From contig OZ223269.1 of assembly GCA_965140585.1 (NCBI GenBank), forward strand, positions 320,001 through 384,000: a stretch of DNA of 64,000 bases. Reading direction: 5' to 3'. The notes under the pieces are model-generated. The model was not told the DNA's origin. It worked only from the letters and a program-made list of their open reading frames with translations, and searched no databases. The position numbers were made by a program, and so were the translations under genes. Of this stretch, positions 39,168 to 49,334 are shown piece by piece. Every line of letters starts with the position of its first letter. The first letter of the stretch is position 1. Source of the stretch: Spirochaetia bacterium. Its GTDB lineage: Bacteria; Spirochaetota; Spirochaetia; UBA9216.

Positions 39168-41196
39168 TCCGATCCTCTGCGGGGAGTTCTATAATAAATC
39201 TGGTCCATTCCATTTCTTCCGATTCAATATACATTTTTCCCTTGTGTTTGTCAGTAATTATATAGTATGAGATTGATAATCCAAGCCCTGTGCCCTCTGA
39301 AGCCTGCTTAGTTGTGAAAAAAGGTTCAATAATTTTGCTGCGGAGTTTTTCAGACAAACCTGGTCCATTGTCTTCAATGGCAACCTGAACCCCGTGAGCT
39401 GTGTTTTTGACGCTGAGACAGAAACAGGGTTTTACACCATCCTCATATACTTTTGAGGCCATTGCCTGGGCTCCGTTTTTTAGGATATTGAAGAATACCT
39501 GTCCCATTTTTTCTGGTTCACACATGACCTTGGTCTCATCATTAACATAATTTTTTCTTATTTCAAGTTCTTTGAATCTATACTTTTTCTTCAGCTCGTA
39601 ATCGCTGGATGCCAGCTGAATAGTCTTATCAAGAATCTCACTAAGCTTTTGAGCTGACATGTTGGTTCGGCTTTTCCTGCTGAAGACAAGCATATCGCTT
39701 ATTATATTTGCGGCTCTGCTTCCGGATGCCATTATGTCGTCAAGCAGCCTGATAATACCTCTTGTATTACAATATTCTGATAGCTGCTCCATTGAAATAC
39801 CTGCTTTATCTGCTGCATTCTGATTCTTTTCCAGTCCGGGATCGAGCCTGTTTTTAAGAACATAGGCATTCTGTATGATACCTGCCAGCGGATTGTTCAG
39901 CTCATGTGCTACTCCTGCGGCAAGGCTGCCTGCAGACAGCATTTTCTCAGACTGAATAACCATTTCCGACATGTTAACCTTTTCTGTTATATCACTTGCT
40001 ATTCCAAGAAGTCTAGAAGGTTTCCCGTTTGAGTCTGTTTGGGTAATCTGATAATAGAGGTTAAACCACTTTTCAGTTTCATGGTTTATTCTTAATTTAT
40101 ATTCAATATATATGCTGTTTTCTTTTCCCGATTTTATAAGCCGGAAAAGCTGGTCTGCCTTGTTTCCGTATAGGGGGGCAAGATTCTTCTCTGCAAGATT
40201 TTCAGGCGTTACGACCATTTCAGAATAGGCTTTGAACTCACGGCTTGTCAGGTTATCCGGATGGCTGATATGTCCGCTTTCTATATCGTACTCCCATGAA
40301 ATATAACCTGAAATCTGAAGGGCTGTCGAGAGATGCTTCTGCGCAGTTTCCTTCTGTTTCAGGGTTATAATTGAATATTTGGCCAGATTGATGAATTCCT
40401 GATACTCAATATCCTGTTCTTCTGCAATATGGTCGGCTTCAATTTCTCCGGAAAAATAGGAGTCGAGTTTTTTAAAACTGTCGGCGATTGAATCCGAAAA
40501 TTTACGGCTTTGCCTGAAACTTAAAAAAAGCAGCAGTACTGTGGTCATGGCTGCTGCGAATGTACTGATTAATGTTGTTATCAGCAGCTGTTTCTGTTTG
40601 AGTCTTCTATAAGCAATGGTTGGTTCATGCTTCACCCGGGTGAAAATGTACCAGTCCCAATCAGGTATGGATGCTGCGTATCCGCAGAATGTACATGACG
40701 CTCCCGCACATTCTTCAGTTTCAGAATTCATACAAAAATGGCTTCCGTAAGGAGAAAGGGGAAGAATATCCTTTATTACTGAAAGCAGTTTTTTTCGGGC
40801 GGAATGGATGTTTCCGTTTGTAATATCGGTGAAGTCTTCGGATTCTTCTCCGGCAATAAGCAGGCCGTTACCGTTATATATAACGAAAGAGCTTTCCTGA
40901 TCAAATAGCAGATTGAATTTATATACATTTATCCAGTTTATGATGGTTTTCTTTGCCGTTCCTGTATATTCGGAATTAAACCTGGTGTGGTAGATATATT
41001 CAACTGCATGCTTTGTTTCTGCTTCGGCAAGGTTCCTCTGTGACTCAATGAACAATTCAATATCACTGTTGATATCCCGCAGTCCGGAAAATACCGTAAT
41101 TGCGGTAAAAACAACTGCTGCAGAAATTACAGTAATTAAACTGAACATAATTATGGCGTATCTTATTGTACTGCTTAGCGATCTTTTTCGAATCAT
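39145..41196 (-). CDS. Transmembrane sensor histidine kinase (NtrB-like, PAS-containing)
   Basis: Two TM; QSEKMLSAGSLAAGVAHELNNPL, NILKNGAQA, EPFFTTK, GTGLGL. Confidence 0.9.
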   Translation of the reverse strand: MIRKRSLSSTIRYAIIMFSLITVISAAVVFTAITVFSGLRDINSDIELFIESQRNLAEAETKHAVEYIYHTRFNSEYTGTAKKTIINWINVYKFNLLFDQESSFVIYNGNGLLIAGEESEDFTDITNGNIHSARKKLLSVIKDILPLSPYGSHFCMNSETEECAGASCTFCGYAASIPDWDWYIFTRVKHEPTIAYRRLKQKQLLITTLISTFAAAMTTVLLLFLSFRQSRKFSDSIADSFKKLDSYFSGEIEADHIAEEQDIEYQEFINLAKYSIITLKQKETAQKHLSTALQISGYISWEYDIESGHISHPDNLTSREFKAYSEMVVTPENLAEKNLAPLYGNKADQLFRLIKSGKENSIYIEYKLRINHETEKWFNLYYQITQTDSNGKPSRLLGIASDITEKVNMSEMVIQSEKMLSAGSLAAGVAHELNNPLAGIIQNAYVLKNRLDPGLEKNQNAADKAGISMEQLSEYCNTRGIIRLLDDIMASGSRAANIISDMLVFSRKSRTNMSAQKLSEILDKTIQLASSDYELKKKYRFKELEIRKNYVNDETKVMCEPEKMGQVFFNILKNGAQAMASKVYEDGVKPCFCLSVKNTAHGVQVAIEDNGPGLSEKLRSKIIEPFFTTKQASEGTGLGLSISYYIITDKHKGKMYIESEEMEWTRFIIELPAEDRNDNSSYN

Positions 41197-41313
41197 TACT
41201 TTGGTAAAAGTATATTGTAAATTCTGCTGCGGGTATATGTAAATTTTGTTACCTGATTGTAAATATTGAGATAAAGCTTTGGCCTAAGTGTTTCAATGGG
41301 TTATATTTAATAT

Positions 41314-42936
41314 ATGATGACTTCTATGATTAAGCGGATACTATTTACTGCCGGAATTGCTGTGGCAATGTTTTCAATAAATTCATGTGCGCCTAAATAT
41401 AATTTAACTGTTGATACCTCAAATGGCGGGTCAGTAACTGTTGACCCATCGGGATATGAATACGCTGAAGATGAACTTGTCACGGTTAATGCCCAACCTG
41501 ATGACGGATATTATTTTGCAGGCTGGAACGGTGATACCGGTTATGTAGTGGATTCATCAGGAACCCGTGAAATTCAGATCCAGATGCCTGATGATGATAT
41601 TTCACTGTCCGCAGACTTCGCAGAATCCGGTGACGGCTGGACTGTTATGGTTTATATGGCAGGTGATAATGATCTTTACGATGATTTATTTGAGGACATT
41701 GATGAAATAGAATCCGGTCTGGCGGCTTCGGATAATTCAAATATAAGCCAAGATTTAAAGATTATTGTTTTATATGATTCGCAGGGCAGCTCTAATACAG
41801 AACTTTTTCTTATGAGCGCGGATTCAAATGAAGACAATATTAATTCTTCTGAACTTTATGCGGACTTTATTGAAGATGGTGAAGTAAATATGGGAGACCC
41901 GGACACACTTGAGGCTTTTATAGAATACTGTTTAGATAATTACCCTTCCACCAATAATGCTCTTATTATCTCAAATCATGGGGGTGGTGCAAAGTCTATA
42001 AATACATCTGATACGGTAAGCCGGGAAATTGCATATGATTTTAGTTCTTCTTACGACGTTTTGTTCCTTGATGAGGTACAGCAGGTGATGTCGGGATTTT
42101 CAGACAGCAACATAAATATAATCGGGATGGATGCCTGTCTTATGGGTACTGTTGAAGTAGCATATGAATTACGCGGGCTGGCAGATTATTTTGTAGCCTC
42201 CCCAGCCAGTGAATGGCCTGATGGATGGGATTATACAGCACTTTTCAGCTCTGATATATTCGGTACATCAGGGAATATCCCTTCAGCATCTGAATTTGTT
42301 AACGAAATGATCACGCAATATAAAACTTCCACCTATGGAGTTACCGGTACAGGTAAACTGCAGAATACGCTTACAGCAGTAGACCTATCTACTGATAAAA
42401 TGCAGGAGCTTAAGGATTCCATTGATGCTCTTGCCGCAGCTTTCTCCGTTTTTAGCAACCAAAGTACGATAGAAGGAATAAGCAGCGGTTCAATCGGTTA
42501 TTATAAGAGCGGTAATGAAGATGGCGAGCCTTACACTGATATTTATGATTTCTGTATGCAGTTTGACCAGTCTACATATGATGTGGGTGAGGTAGGTGAG
42601 ACCGATATCTATGATGCGGCGCAGGAAGTTCTTTCGGCACTGGCAGATTCAATAGTTGCAGCATATGGTTATAACGTAAGCGGGAATTCTTTTTCACCAA
42701 TTGATTATTTTTATGAAACTGATGATTCCTCGGCTGAACGTGGTCTTTCAATTTTCTTTTCTCACAGTTCAAGTGACTACAATGATGATCATTGGTGGTA
42801 TACAGACGACTCGGTAGCCGCGTCGATGACTACTACCGGTTTATCAGTTGCCCTAGGAAATATTGATTTTGCCGATTCTACTGACGATGCCACAGTAAAT
42901 ACATGGCGTGAATTATTTGATGAGTGGTACAAATGA
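41314..42936 (+). CDS. Clostripain-family (C11) cysteine peptidase lipoprotein with N-terminal InlB-B-type repeat
   Basis: Lipobox INSC; VTVNAQPDDGYYFAGW; WTVMVYMAGDNDL, NMGDPDTL, SNHGGG (His), MDACLM (Cys). Confidence 0.88.
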   Translation: MMTSMIKRILFTAGIAVAMFSINSCAPKYNLTVDTSNGGSVTVDPSGYEYAEDELVTVNAQPDDGYYFAGWNGDTGYVVDSSGTREIQIQMPDDDISLSADFAESGDGWTVMVYMAGDNDLYDDLFEDIDEIESGLAASDNSNISQDLKIIVLYDSQGSSNTELFLMSADSNEDNINSSELYADFIEDGEVNMGDPDTLEAFIEYCLDNYPSTNNALIISNHGGGAKSINTSDTVSREIAYDFSSSYDVLFLDEVQQVMSGFSDSNINIIGMDACLMGTVEVAYELRGLADYFVASPASEWPDGWDYTALFSSDIFGTSGNIPSASEFVNEMITQYKTSTYGVTGTGKLQNTLTAVDLSTDKMQELKDSIDALAAAFSVFSNQSTIEGISSGSIGYYKSGNEDGEPYTDIYDFCMQFDQSTYDVGEVGETDIYDAAQEVLSALADSIVAAYGYNVSGNSFSPIDYFYETDDSSAERGLSIFFSHSSSDYNDDHWWYTDDSVAASMTTTGLSVALGNIDFADSTDDATVNTWRELFDEWYK

Positions 42937-42986
42937 GATTAAATCCGAACTTATTAATATTTTTCATACTGCATACTATTTCACGG

Positions 42987-43010
42987 GGCTGACAGGGATG
43001 TCGGCCTTTT
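42987..43010 (+). terminator. Rho-independent terminator
   Basis: GGCTGACA-GGGA-TGTCGGCC followed by TTTT. Confidence 0.65.
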
Positions 43011-43018
43011 CTTGTCTT

Positions 43019-43062
43019 CTGTAACATTTGTTACAGGCGGGCCTGCTGTTTCAGGTTATAAT
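43019..43062 (+). promoter_or_regulatory. Crp/Fnr (HcpR-like) site CTGTAACA-TT-TGTTACAG with -10 TATAAT
   Basis: Perfect 8-2-8 palindrome at 43019-43036, centred about -41.5 from the start implied by TATAAT at 43057-43062. Confidence 0.75.
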
Positions 43063-43086
43063 CGGTACATAGAAGGGACACGCTCT

Positions 43087-43404
43087 ATGAGAATTACAGA
43101 TGCAGAAGAAGGAAAGATTGTTTTTAAAACTGATGGTGTAGTGGGCCGTAGAATATATGAGCATCCTGAAGCTCAGGCAAATATTATAACTATGGAGCCG
43201 GGAGCTGTTATTCCAAAACATTCGGTTACAGTAAAGACCTTCATTTTTGTCCTTGAGGGTGCAGCCACTGTTGTGACCGATGAGAGTTCGGCTGAACTGT
43301 CGGCGGATCAGCTTCTTGAATGTCCGGCAGATCTTCAGAGGCAGGTTGAAAATAATACATCCGGGCGCTTAAGAATTATGGTGGTAAAATCTCCGGCTGA
43401 TTAA
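43087..43404 (+). CDS. Cupin domain protein
   Basis: ITMEPGAVIPKH..FVLEG..VEN..LRIMVVK; ATG at 43087 after AAGGGA. Confidence 0.85.
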   Translation: MRITDAEEGKIVFKTDGVVGRRIYEHPEAQANIITMEPGAVIPKHSVTVKTFIFVLEGAATVVTDESSAELSADQLLECPADLQRQVENNTSGRLRIMVVKSPAD

Positions 43405-43417
43405 ACAGTCGGTATGG

Positions 43418-44083
43418 TTAAAACCAGGGAAGAAGCACCGCAAGGACCTGCCGGTAGGCTTCGGGCCAGAGGTGAACACCTTCAACGGTGTATTCAGCCT
43501 TAAGCCTTCCATTCTCATCTTTTAAAACACTGCTTACATCGATATATTCTGCATTGAAGTCTTCTGCAAGCGTCAGAAGAGCCGTATTTGCCCGGCTGAT
43601 AGCCTCATTCGACCGGATCCGGAACATTTCGATTCTTTCTGCTGCCGGGATGAAGGATTCCTTGACCGGGTTTACCGGATAGTAGGATAATATGTGAATT
43701 TTGCAGTCCGGAAGCTCTTTCCGTACTATGCTCAGAATCTGTCTGTATTTATACATCAGTGTATCCAGGCTGTAGTCGGGGCTGCCGATGTTATTTGAAC
43801 CGATATTGATGAACAGCTTTGACGGAGCCAGATCAAGAATTAGTGTTTCAATATTATCAAGCAGTCCCTGAATGACATCGCCGCTTATGCCCCGGTTATA
43901 GACAGTTTTATCAGAGCCTGCAGCTTTAAGCAGTTCGTCAACCGGGAACTGTTCTGCCAGTGAAGAACCAGCAAACACTATCCGGCCTTTTTGCGCAAGC
44001 GGATTCAGCTGCCTGTATCGTTCAACCTTGATTGCCTTTTCTATGTCAAGAAAATCTACTGCTTCGTCGTTCATGCTATCCAA
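43418..44083 (-). CDS. SGNH/GDSL family hydrolase
   Basis: FAGSSL, NRGISG, IGSNN, EGVHL. Confidence 0.88.
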   Translation of the reverse strand: MDSMNDEAVDFLDIEKAIKVERYRQLNPLAQKGRIVFAGSSLAEQFPVDELLKAAGSDKTVYNRGISGDVIQGLLDNIETLILDLAPSKLFINIGSNNIGSPDYSLDTLMYKYRQILSIVRKELPDCKIHILSYYPVNPVKESFIPAAERIEMFRIRSNEAISRANTALLTLAEDFNAEYIDVSSVLKDENGRLKAEYTVEGVHLWPEAYRQVLAVLLPWF

Positions 44084-45689
44084 ATACCCTTTTCCCGCCT
44101 GAGAAGGTCATGAAGGTTTTAATATTTCTAAGTTCGAGCGGGTTGCATTCAAACGGATTCCCGTCAAGGACTGTAATATCCGCGGCAAGTCCGGGGATAA
44201 GTTTACCGGTCAGATTTTCGGTGTACATCTGTTTTGATGAAGCTGCGGTATAATGATAAAGAGCCTGCTCAACAGTCAGTTTCTCTTCGGGTATCCATCC
44301 GCCCTCAGGTTTGTTGTCTTCATGCAGCCTTGTTACAGCACGAAAGACTCCAATCATCGGGTTAAGCGGTGATATAGGGTAGTCAGTACCGAAGGAGACC
44401 TCTGCACCGCTTTCTATCAGCGATTTAAACGGCCAGGCCCACCGGCAGCGTTCTTCACCAAGTATTTCATGAAAAGGATGAAGTGCGTATTCCTCGACAA
44501 GCAGGTGATCCGGCTGAACGGATGCTGTGACACTCAGTTTTTTGAATCTGGGGATGTCATCCGGATGTATATCCTCAATATGTTCAATAGTGTGTCTGGT
44601 GTCGTTATATCCGTTTGCATTCCGAACAGCTTCAAAGATATCAAGTGCCGACCTTACAGCGCCTGAACCGCAGGCATGAAAGCGTATTCTTATTCCGTTT
44701 TTATCAAAGAGGATTGCTTTTTTTATAGTACGTTCCATATCTACAAGCAGGGGCGCATTGAAGCCGGCAGGTTCATTATAGGGTTCAACCAGAACTCCTG
44801 TCTGCATGGGGGCTGTTCCGTCAAGAAACTCCTTTACGCCGCTGAAACGCAGATAGTCAGATGCATATTCAGACCTCTGCTCAAGAATATCTTCAAGCGG
44901 CTGCTCCATCGGAAAGACCATATGCATTCTGCAGGTGAGTTTTCCGTCTTTTTCAAGCTTACTGTACAGTGCGGGATCGAGTGAATTGAGGATCTGTATA
45001 TCGCTCATTGATGTAACCCCGCAGCGGGCGGCTTCGGAAAGCAGGTTTTCTGCTGTCGCTCTGAGCCTCTCAGGAGTAAAGCGCAAGGCCTTTGATACAA
45101 CAAGATCCATTGCCTCCGGTTCAAGCAGATATCCTGTAGGATTTCCAATATTATCACGGAAAATTCTTCCGATTGACGGGTCCGGGGTGGCTGATGTTAT
45201 TGCACAGCGTTTTAGAGCTTCCGAATTTACCCAGACACTGTGCATTTCATCATTGAACAGACATACAGGCGTGTTTTTGAAGTATCTGTCCAGTGTTTCC
45301 TTTGAGGGCAGGTTTTTTTTCTCCCAGGTGAAATGCATCCAGCCGAAACCGAAAAGCCAGTCATCAAAGCCCCGGTTTATTTCATCACGGTAGAACTCAG
45401 CTGCTTTTGCAGCGGCTTCTTCTTCTGATCTGCATCCGCCAAGTGAGACAGAGCTTGACTGCAGGCTCCCGAAAAAACCGTGAATATGGCTGTCGCAGAA
45501 TCCGGGCATTATAAGCCGTTCTCCGCAGTCTATTACGGTGTAACCTTGTGCTTCTGAGGGAAGTTCTGCGGATGATTTGAACACATTTTCAATAACTGAA
45601 TCCGCAATTGATACTGCACCGCTGAATACTGCTTCTCTGTCTGCTGTAAATATATTTCTGCTTTTAAGCAGCAGTTTGTTATCTGTCAT
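44076..45689 (-). CDS. Metal-dependent amidohydrolase (family 3, YtcJ-like)
   Basis: PGFCDSHIH, HSVWVNS, KEFLDG, FHACG, IEH, FGTDYP. Confidence 0.9.
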   Translation of the reverse strand: MTDNKLLLKSRNIFTADREAVFSGAVSIADSVIENVFKSSAELPSEAQGYTVIDCGERLIMPGFCDSHIHGFFGSLQSSSVSLGGCRSEEEAAAKAAEFYRDEINRGFDDWLFGFGWMHFTWEKKNLPSKETLDRYFKNTPVCLFNDEMHSVWVNSEALKRCAITSATPDPSIGRIFRDNIGNPTGYLLEPEAMDLVVSKALRFTPERLRATAENLLSEAARCGVTSMSDIQILNSLDPALYSKLEKDGKLTCRMHMVFPMEQPLEDILEQRSEYASDYLRFSGVKEFLDGTAPMQTGVLVEPYNEPAGFNAPLLVDMERTIKKAILFDKNGIRIRFHACGSGAVRSALDIFEAVRNANGYNDTRHTIEHIEDIHPDDIPRFKKLSVTASVQPDHLLVEEYALHPFHEILGEERCRWAWPFKSLIESGAEVSFGTDYPISPLNPMIGVFRAVTRLHEDNKPEGGWIPEEKLTVEQALYHYTAASSKQMYTENLTGKLIPGLAADITVLDGNPFECNPLELRNIKTFMTFSGGKRVFG

Positions 45690-46297
45690 TTTTTCACCGG
45701 AACCATCTGGGGAACATCCAGCCTGTCTATACCCATAGTTTCGGCAATTTCATTCAGGCGGGCAGGATCAGCCCAAAAGTAAAGTTCACCGCTTTTGCAT
45801 TGTACCCATTCTGAGGGCGTTCCGCTGTGCTTTTCATCTGCAACAGCCTCATACCAGCCTTTGGTCAATTCTTCATCAGTGATTTCATAATTATGCTGCA
45901 GGCTTATATCGGTAACTATGCTGTAGCAGCTGTTTCTGGTAATTTTCCGGTAGCCGCTTCGGTCCCAGATATTCTGCATCGGAATATACTCAAGACCCGT
46001 ACCATTAATTATGATGTAGTCAAACCATGGGCCAATCTCGGTTCCCATGTAAAATAGATGTCCTATACGGCCTTCACTGCGTGAGCCTTCCATAGTTATC
46101 TCTACCTGATATTCCCAGACGGAAGGAAGCGAGACATCAGCTTCGCTCATCTCGGTTTCTGCAGCAAACACGTTATTTATATCTTCTTCCTGTACAGCAG
46201 GCTCTTCTTTTTCTTTACGGCCTGAAGCTGATACATAAAAAGCGGTTAAGGTTAAAATTAAAAACAATAATAATGAAAAGCGGAATAATTTGTTCAT
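45686..46297 (-). CDS. Secreted hypothetical protein
   Basis: Signal peptide followed by ASGRKE, a spirochaete-style exported N-terminus; coupled to the amidohydrolase gene. Confidence 0.7.
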   Translation of the reverse strand: MNKLFRFSLLLFLILTLTAFYVSASGRKEKEEPAVQEEDINNVFAAETEMSEADVSLPSVWEYQVEITMEGSRSEGRIGHLFYMGTEIGPWFDYIIINGTGLEYIPMQNIWDRSGYRKITRNSCYSIVTDISLQHNYEITDEELTKGWYEAVADEKHSGTPSEWVQCKSGELYFWADPARLNEIAETMGIDRLDVPQMVPVKK

Positions 46298-46386
46298 ATC
46301 TGAATAATAGCAGAAGCTGATTATTAAAACCAGATTTTGAAATTACTTTTATTGTTAGACCGGATAATTTCATCTATAATGAATCG

Positions 46387-47220
46387 ATGAAACTTGAATT
46401 GTCGGGTGGAAGATCAATATCCACAAAAAGAAAGTCTTTTGTAATGGGAATTCTTAACACAACTCCCGATTCTTTTTTTTCAGGCAGCAGGGTGGGGGCC
46501 GATGACGGAAAATCCGCAGCTGAAAAGATGATTCATGCAGGGGCTGATATTATCGATATCGGCGGCGAATCAACCAGACCCGGTTCAGCCTATGTCTCTG
46601 CGGATGAGGAAATCAGCCGGGTTGTTCCGCTTATTGAGACAATCAGATCTTTTTCTGATATTCCGATCTCAATCGATACAAGAAAATCTGCAACTGCCGA
46701 AGCTGCACTTAATGCCGGAGCTGATATAATCAATGACATTTCTGCTCTGGCTGATGATCCCGAACTCGGCTTTCTTGCTGCGGATCGCGATGTCCCCCTG
46801 ATTCTAATGCATATGCGGGGAACTCCCGAAACTATGCAGCAGAATCCTCATTATAACGATACAATAGAAGAGATCCTCACCGAGCTTGAAGTATGTATAA
46901 GAAGGGCAGGCGCCTACGGAATATCCAAAAACAGAATTATACTCGATCCGGGCATCGGATTCGGTAAAAGGCTTGAAGATAACCTTAAAATCTTAAAAGA
47001 AATTAATAGATTTACAGATACAGGTTATCCGATTCTTATCGGTCTTTCACGGAAATCATTTATCGGCGCAGTTACCGGATCGGTTGTTGAAGATCGGCTT
47101 TCTGGAACACTTGCCGCCAATATGCTGAGTGCACTTGCCGGTGCATCAATTCTGAGGGTACATGATGTTCCCGAAACTGTAGCTATGCTTGAAATCATCA
47201 AAGCAGTGGAAGGAGTCTAA
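46387..47220 (+). CDS. folP: Dihydropteroate synthase
   Basis: MGILNTTPDSF, DIGGESTRPG, SIDT, DPGIGFGK, SRK, RVHDV. Confidence 0.96.
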   Translation: MKLELSGGRSISTKRKSFVMGILNTTPDSFFSGSRVGADDGKSAAEKMIHAGADIIDIGGESTRPGSAYVSADEEISRVVPLIETIRSFSDIPISIDTRKSATAEAALNAGADIINDISALADDPELGFLAADRDVPLILMHMRGTPETMQQNPHYNDTIEEILTELEVCIRRAGAYGISKNRIILDPGIGFGKRLEDNLKILKEINRFTDTGYPILIGLSRKSFIGAVTGSVVEDRLSGTLAANMLSALAGASILRVHDVPETVAMLEIIKAVEGV

Positions 47221-47225
47221 GCCGG

Positions 47226-48026
47226 ATGGAAAAACTGAATCAGTTCTGGGTTTTTAAGGATATAATCCGTCCAGTACTTGATATAGCAATTCTCTCATTT
47301 CTGATCTATCAGATGTACAAGATTCTGATCCAGACCAGAGCTCTGCAGCTGCTGAAAGGCGCTATGCTGATAGTTGGTATCTATTCAGCCGCGTTTATTC
47401 TTCAGCTTGATACACTGCTGTGGATAATGAACGCACTTACAACGCTTCTTGTTGTTGTTCTGGCTGTTGTATTTCAGCCGGAGCTAAGGAGTATTTTTAC
47501 AAAGATCGGCCAGCGTGACTGGTTTAAATCCTCATCTGGGGCAAAACCCAGACAGATCGATTCCGTTCTGAATGCTGTTGATGTTCTTGCAGGAAGGCGC
47601 AGGGGGGCACTAATTGTCTTTTCAAGGAAGATGGGGCTTAAGAACATTGTTGATACCGGCACTCAGCTTGATGCTGAACTCTCCTCAAGCCTTATACTTA
47701 CAATATTCAGCTTTGATACACCTCTGCATGACGGAGCCCTGGTAATTAATCACGGAAGAATCAGCTCCGCAGGCTGTTTTCTTCCCCTTTCTGAGCAGAC
47801 TGATATCCGGCGTTCATTCGGTACCAGACACCGGGCGGCTCTGGGCCTTGCGGAAGAGACAGACGCGGTTGTTCTTGTCGTTTCAGAGGAAACCGGTGCT
47901 GTTTCGCTGGCCTATGACGCCAACCTTTTTTATGATCTCTCAATTGATGAAGTAAAACGAAAACTTAAATACCTCCTCAATTCACGAGAAGAGGTTGCCG
48001 CACCTGAGGGGGCTGACTTTGGATAA
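47226..48026 (+). CDS. cdaA: Diadenylate cyclase CdaA
   Basis: 3 TM, FQPELR, PLHDGA, GTRHRAALG, VSEETG. Confidence 0.95.
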   Translation: MEKLNQFWVFKDIIRPVLDIAILSFLIYQMYKILIQTRALQLLKGAMLIVGIYSAAFILQLDTLLWIMNALTTLLVVVLAVVFQPELRSIFTKIGQRDWFKSSSGAKPRQIDSVLNAVDVLAGRRRGALIVFSRKMGLKNIVDTGTQLDAELSSSLILTIFSFDTPLHDGALVINHGRISSAGCFLPLSEQTDIRRSFGTRHRAALGLAEETDAVVLVVSEETGAVSLAYDANLFYDLSIDEVKRKLKYLLNSREEVAAPEGADFG

Positions 48027-48969
48027 CAAATTTACCCGCATGGTTGAAAGGAACTGGCCCGCCAAGATACTGTCCTTATTTGCAGCAGTTCTGCTGTTCC
48101 TTTTTTACAGGGCATCCAGTCTGGAGGAGCGCTTCATAACTGTCCCCCTCGATCTTATAATTAACGAGGGCTATGCTGTCGCAAGCAATGTTCCTTCAAC
48201 AGTTAAAGTGACACTTCGCGGATCAGAAGAAAATGTCTTTATGATTCTTGAGGATGATATTGAAATATATGCTGATTTTTCAGCACATAATTCCGAAGGA
48301 CAGTTCCGCGAGGTCCTGAAGTTCAGGAAGACCGGCAGCGCCGAAAAGGTTGAGCCGCTTGAAGTAAGAATTGAGCCTGATGAGATTACAGTAGAGCTTG
48401 AGAGGAAAATATCCAGGTTTGTAAAGATACAGCCCCAGCTCAGCGGATATCCGGAAAAAGGCTGGGAACTTGATCAGTATCTTTTAAGTGATGAGAATAT
48501 AATTATTGAAGGTCCGCGCAGTCACATTGAACAGCTTGATTTTGTTCCGACCGAGGATATAAGCCTTGAGGGAAAAAATCAGGATTTTTACATCAGGGCA
48601 AAACTCAAGGTCAACGACCCGTATCTCAGTTTCCCTTCCGGGGATACTGTAGGATTTCAGGGTCTCATAAAGGAAACAATCATTCTCAAAACCTTTGAGG
48701 ATATCGGAATTATATATCTCGATCTCCCTCAGAATCTGTACATAGTGGGAGCACAGGCCTCAGGTCAGATAAAGGTTCAGGGTAAACAGCTCGAACTGGA
48801 AGACACTACAACGGCAGATTTTTCACTGATTGCAGACTGCAGCGAAATTATGGATGAAGGCAGCTTTGATATCAGTATCCAGCCGCTTGTTCCACCGGGA
48901 CTTGCTGTCCTGAAATATTCTCCGGAAGTGATAAATATTGAAGTGAAAAAGGATGATTCAGGTGATTAG
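48019..48969 (+). CDS. cdaR: CdaR/YbbR-like regulator of CdaA
   Basis: KILSLFAAVLL TM, YbbR-like repeats, directly after cdaA; TTG start after GAGGGG. Confidence 0.88.
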   Translation: MDNKFTRMVERNWPAKILSLFAAVLLFLFYRASSLEERFITVPLDLIINEGYAVASNVPSTVKVTLRGSEENVFMILEDDIEIYADFSAHNSEGQFREVLKFRKTGSAEKVEPLEVRIEPDEITVELERKISRFVKIQPQLSGYPEKGWELDQYLLSDENIIIEGPRSHIEQLDFVPTEDISLEGKNQDFYIRAKLKVNDPYLSFPSGDTVGFQGLIKETIILKTFEDIGIIYLDLPQNLYIVGAQASGQIKVQGKQLELEDTTTADFSLIADCSEIMDEGSFDISIQPLVPPGLAVLKYSPEVINIEVKKDDSGD

Positions 48970-49333
48970 AGGAATAGGTGTAGACATAGTGCATGTAGAG
49001 CGTCTTGAGCACTGGGATTCAATTCCAGGACTGATTGAGAGATTTTTCCATCCTCAGGAGATAGCAGATGCCGAATCCCGTAAATCATCACGTGCTGTTT
49101 CTCTTGCCGCAAGATTCGCCGCCAAGGAAGCTCTTGGCAAGGCAATGGGGACCGGCCTTACCGGAATCAATTTAAAAGATATCCAGGTGGTTTCAAACCA
49201 CAACGGGAAACCCGATATAAAAGTCTATGACACGGCAAAGCGGGCTCTTGAAGCGTTCGGTGCACAAAATATCTTTGTATCAATGACACACGAAAGAGAC
49301 AACGCTGTAGCTGTTGTAGTTCTGGAGAGCTGA
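48953..49333 (+). CDS. acpS: Holo-[acyl-carrier-protein] synthase
   Basis: GIGVDIV, LAARFAAKEA.GKA.GTG, GKP, SMTH. Confidence 0.95.
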   Translation: MIQVIRGIGVDIVHVERLEHWDSIPGLIERFFHPQEIADAESRKSSRAVSLAARFAAKEALGKAMGTGLTGINLKDIQVVSNHNGKPDIKVYDTAKRALEAFGAQNIFVSMTHERDNAVAVVVLES

Positions 49334-49334
49334 T

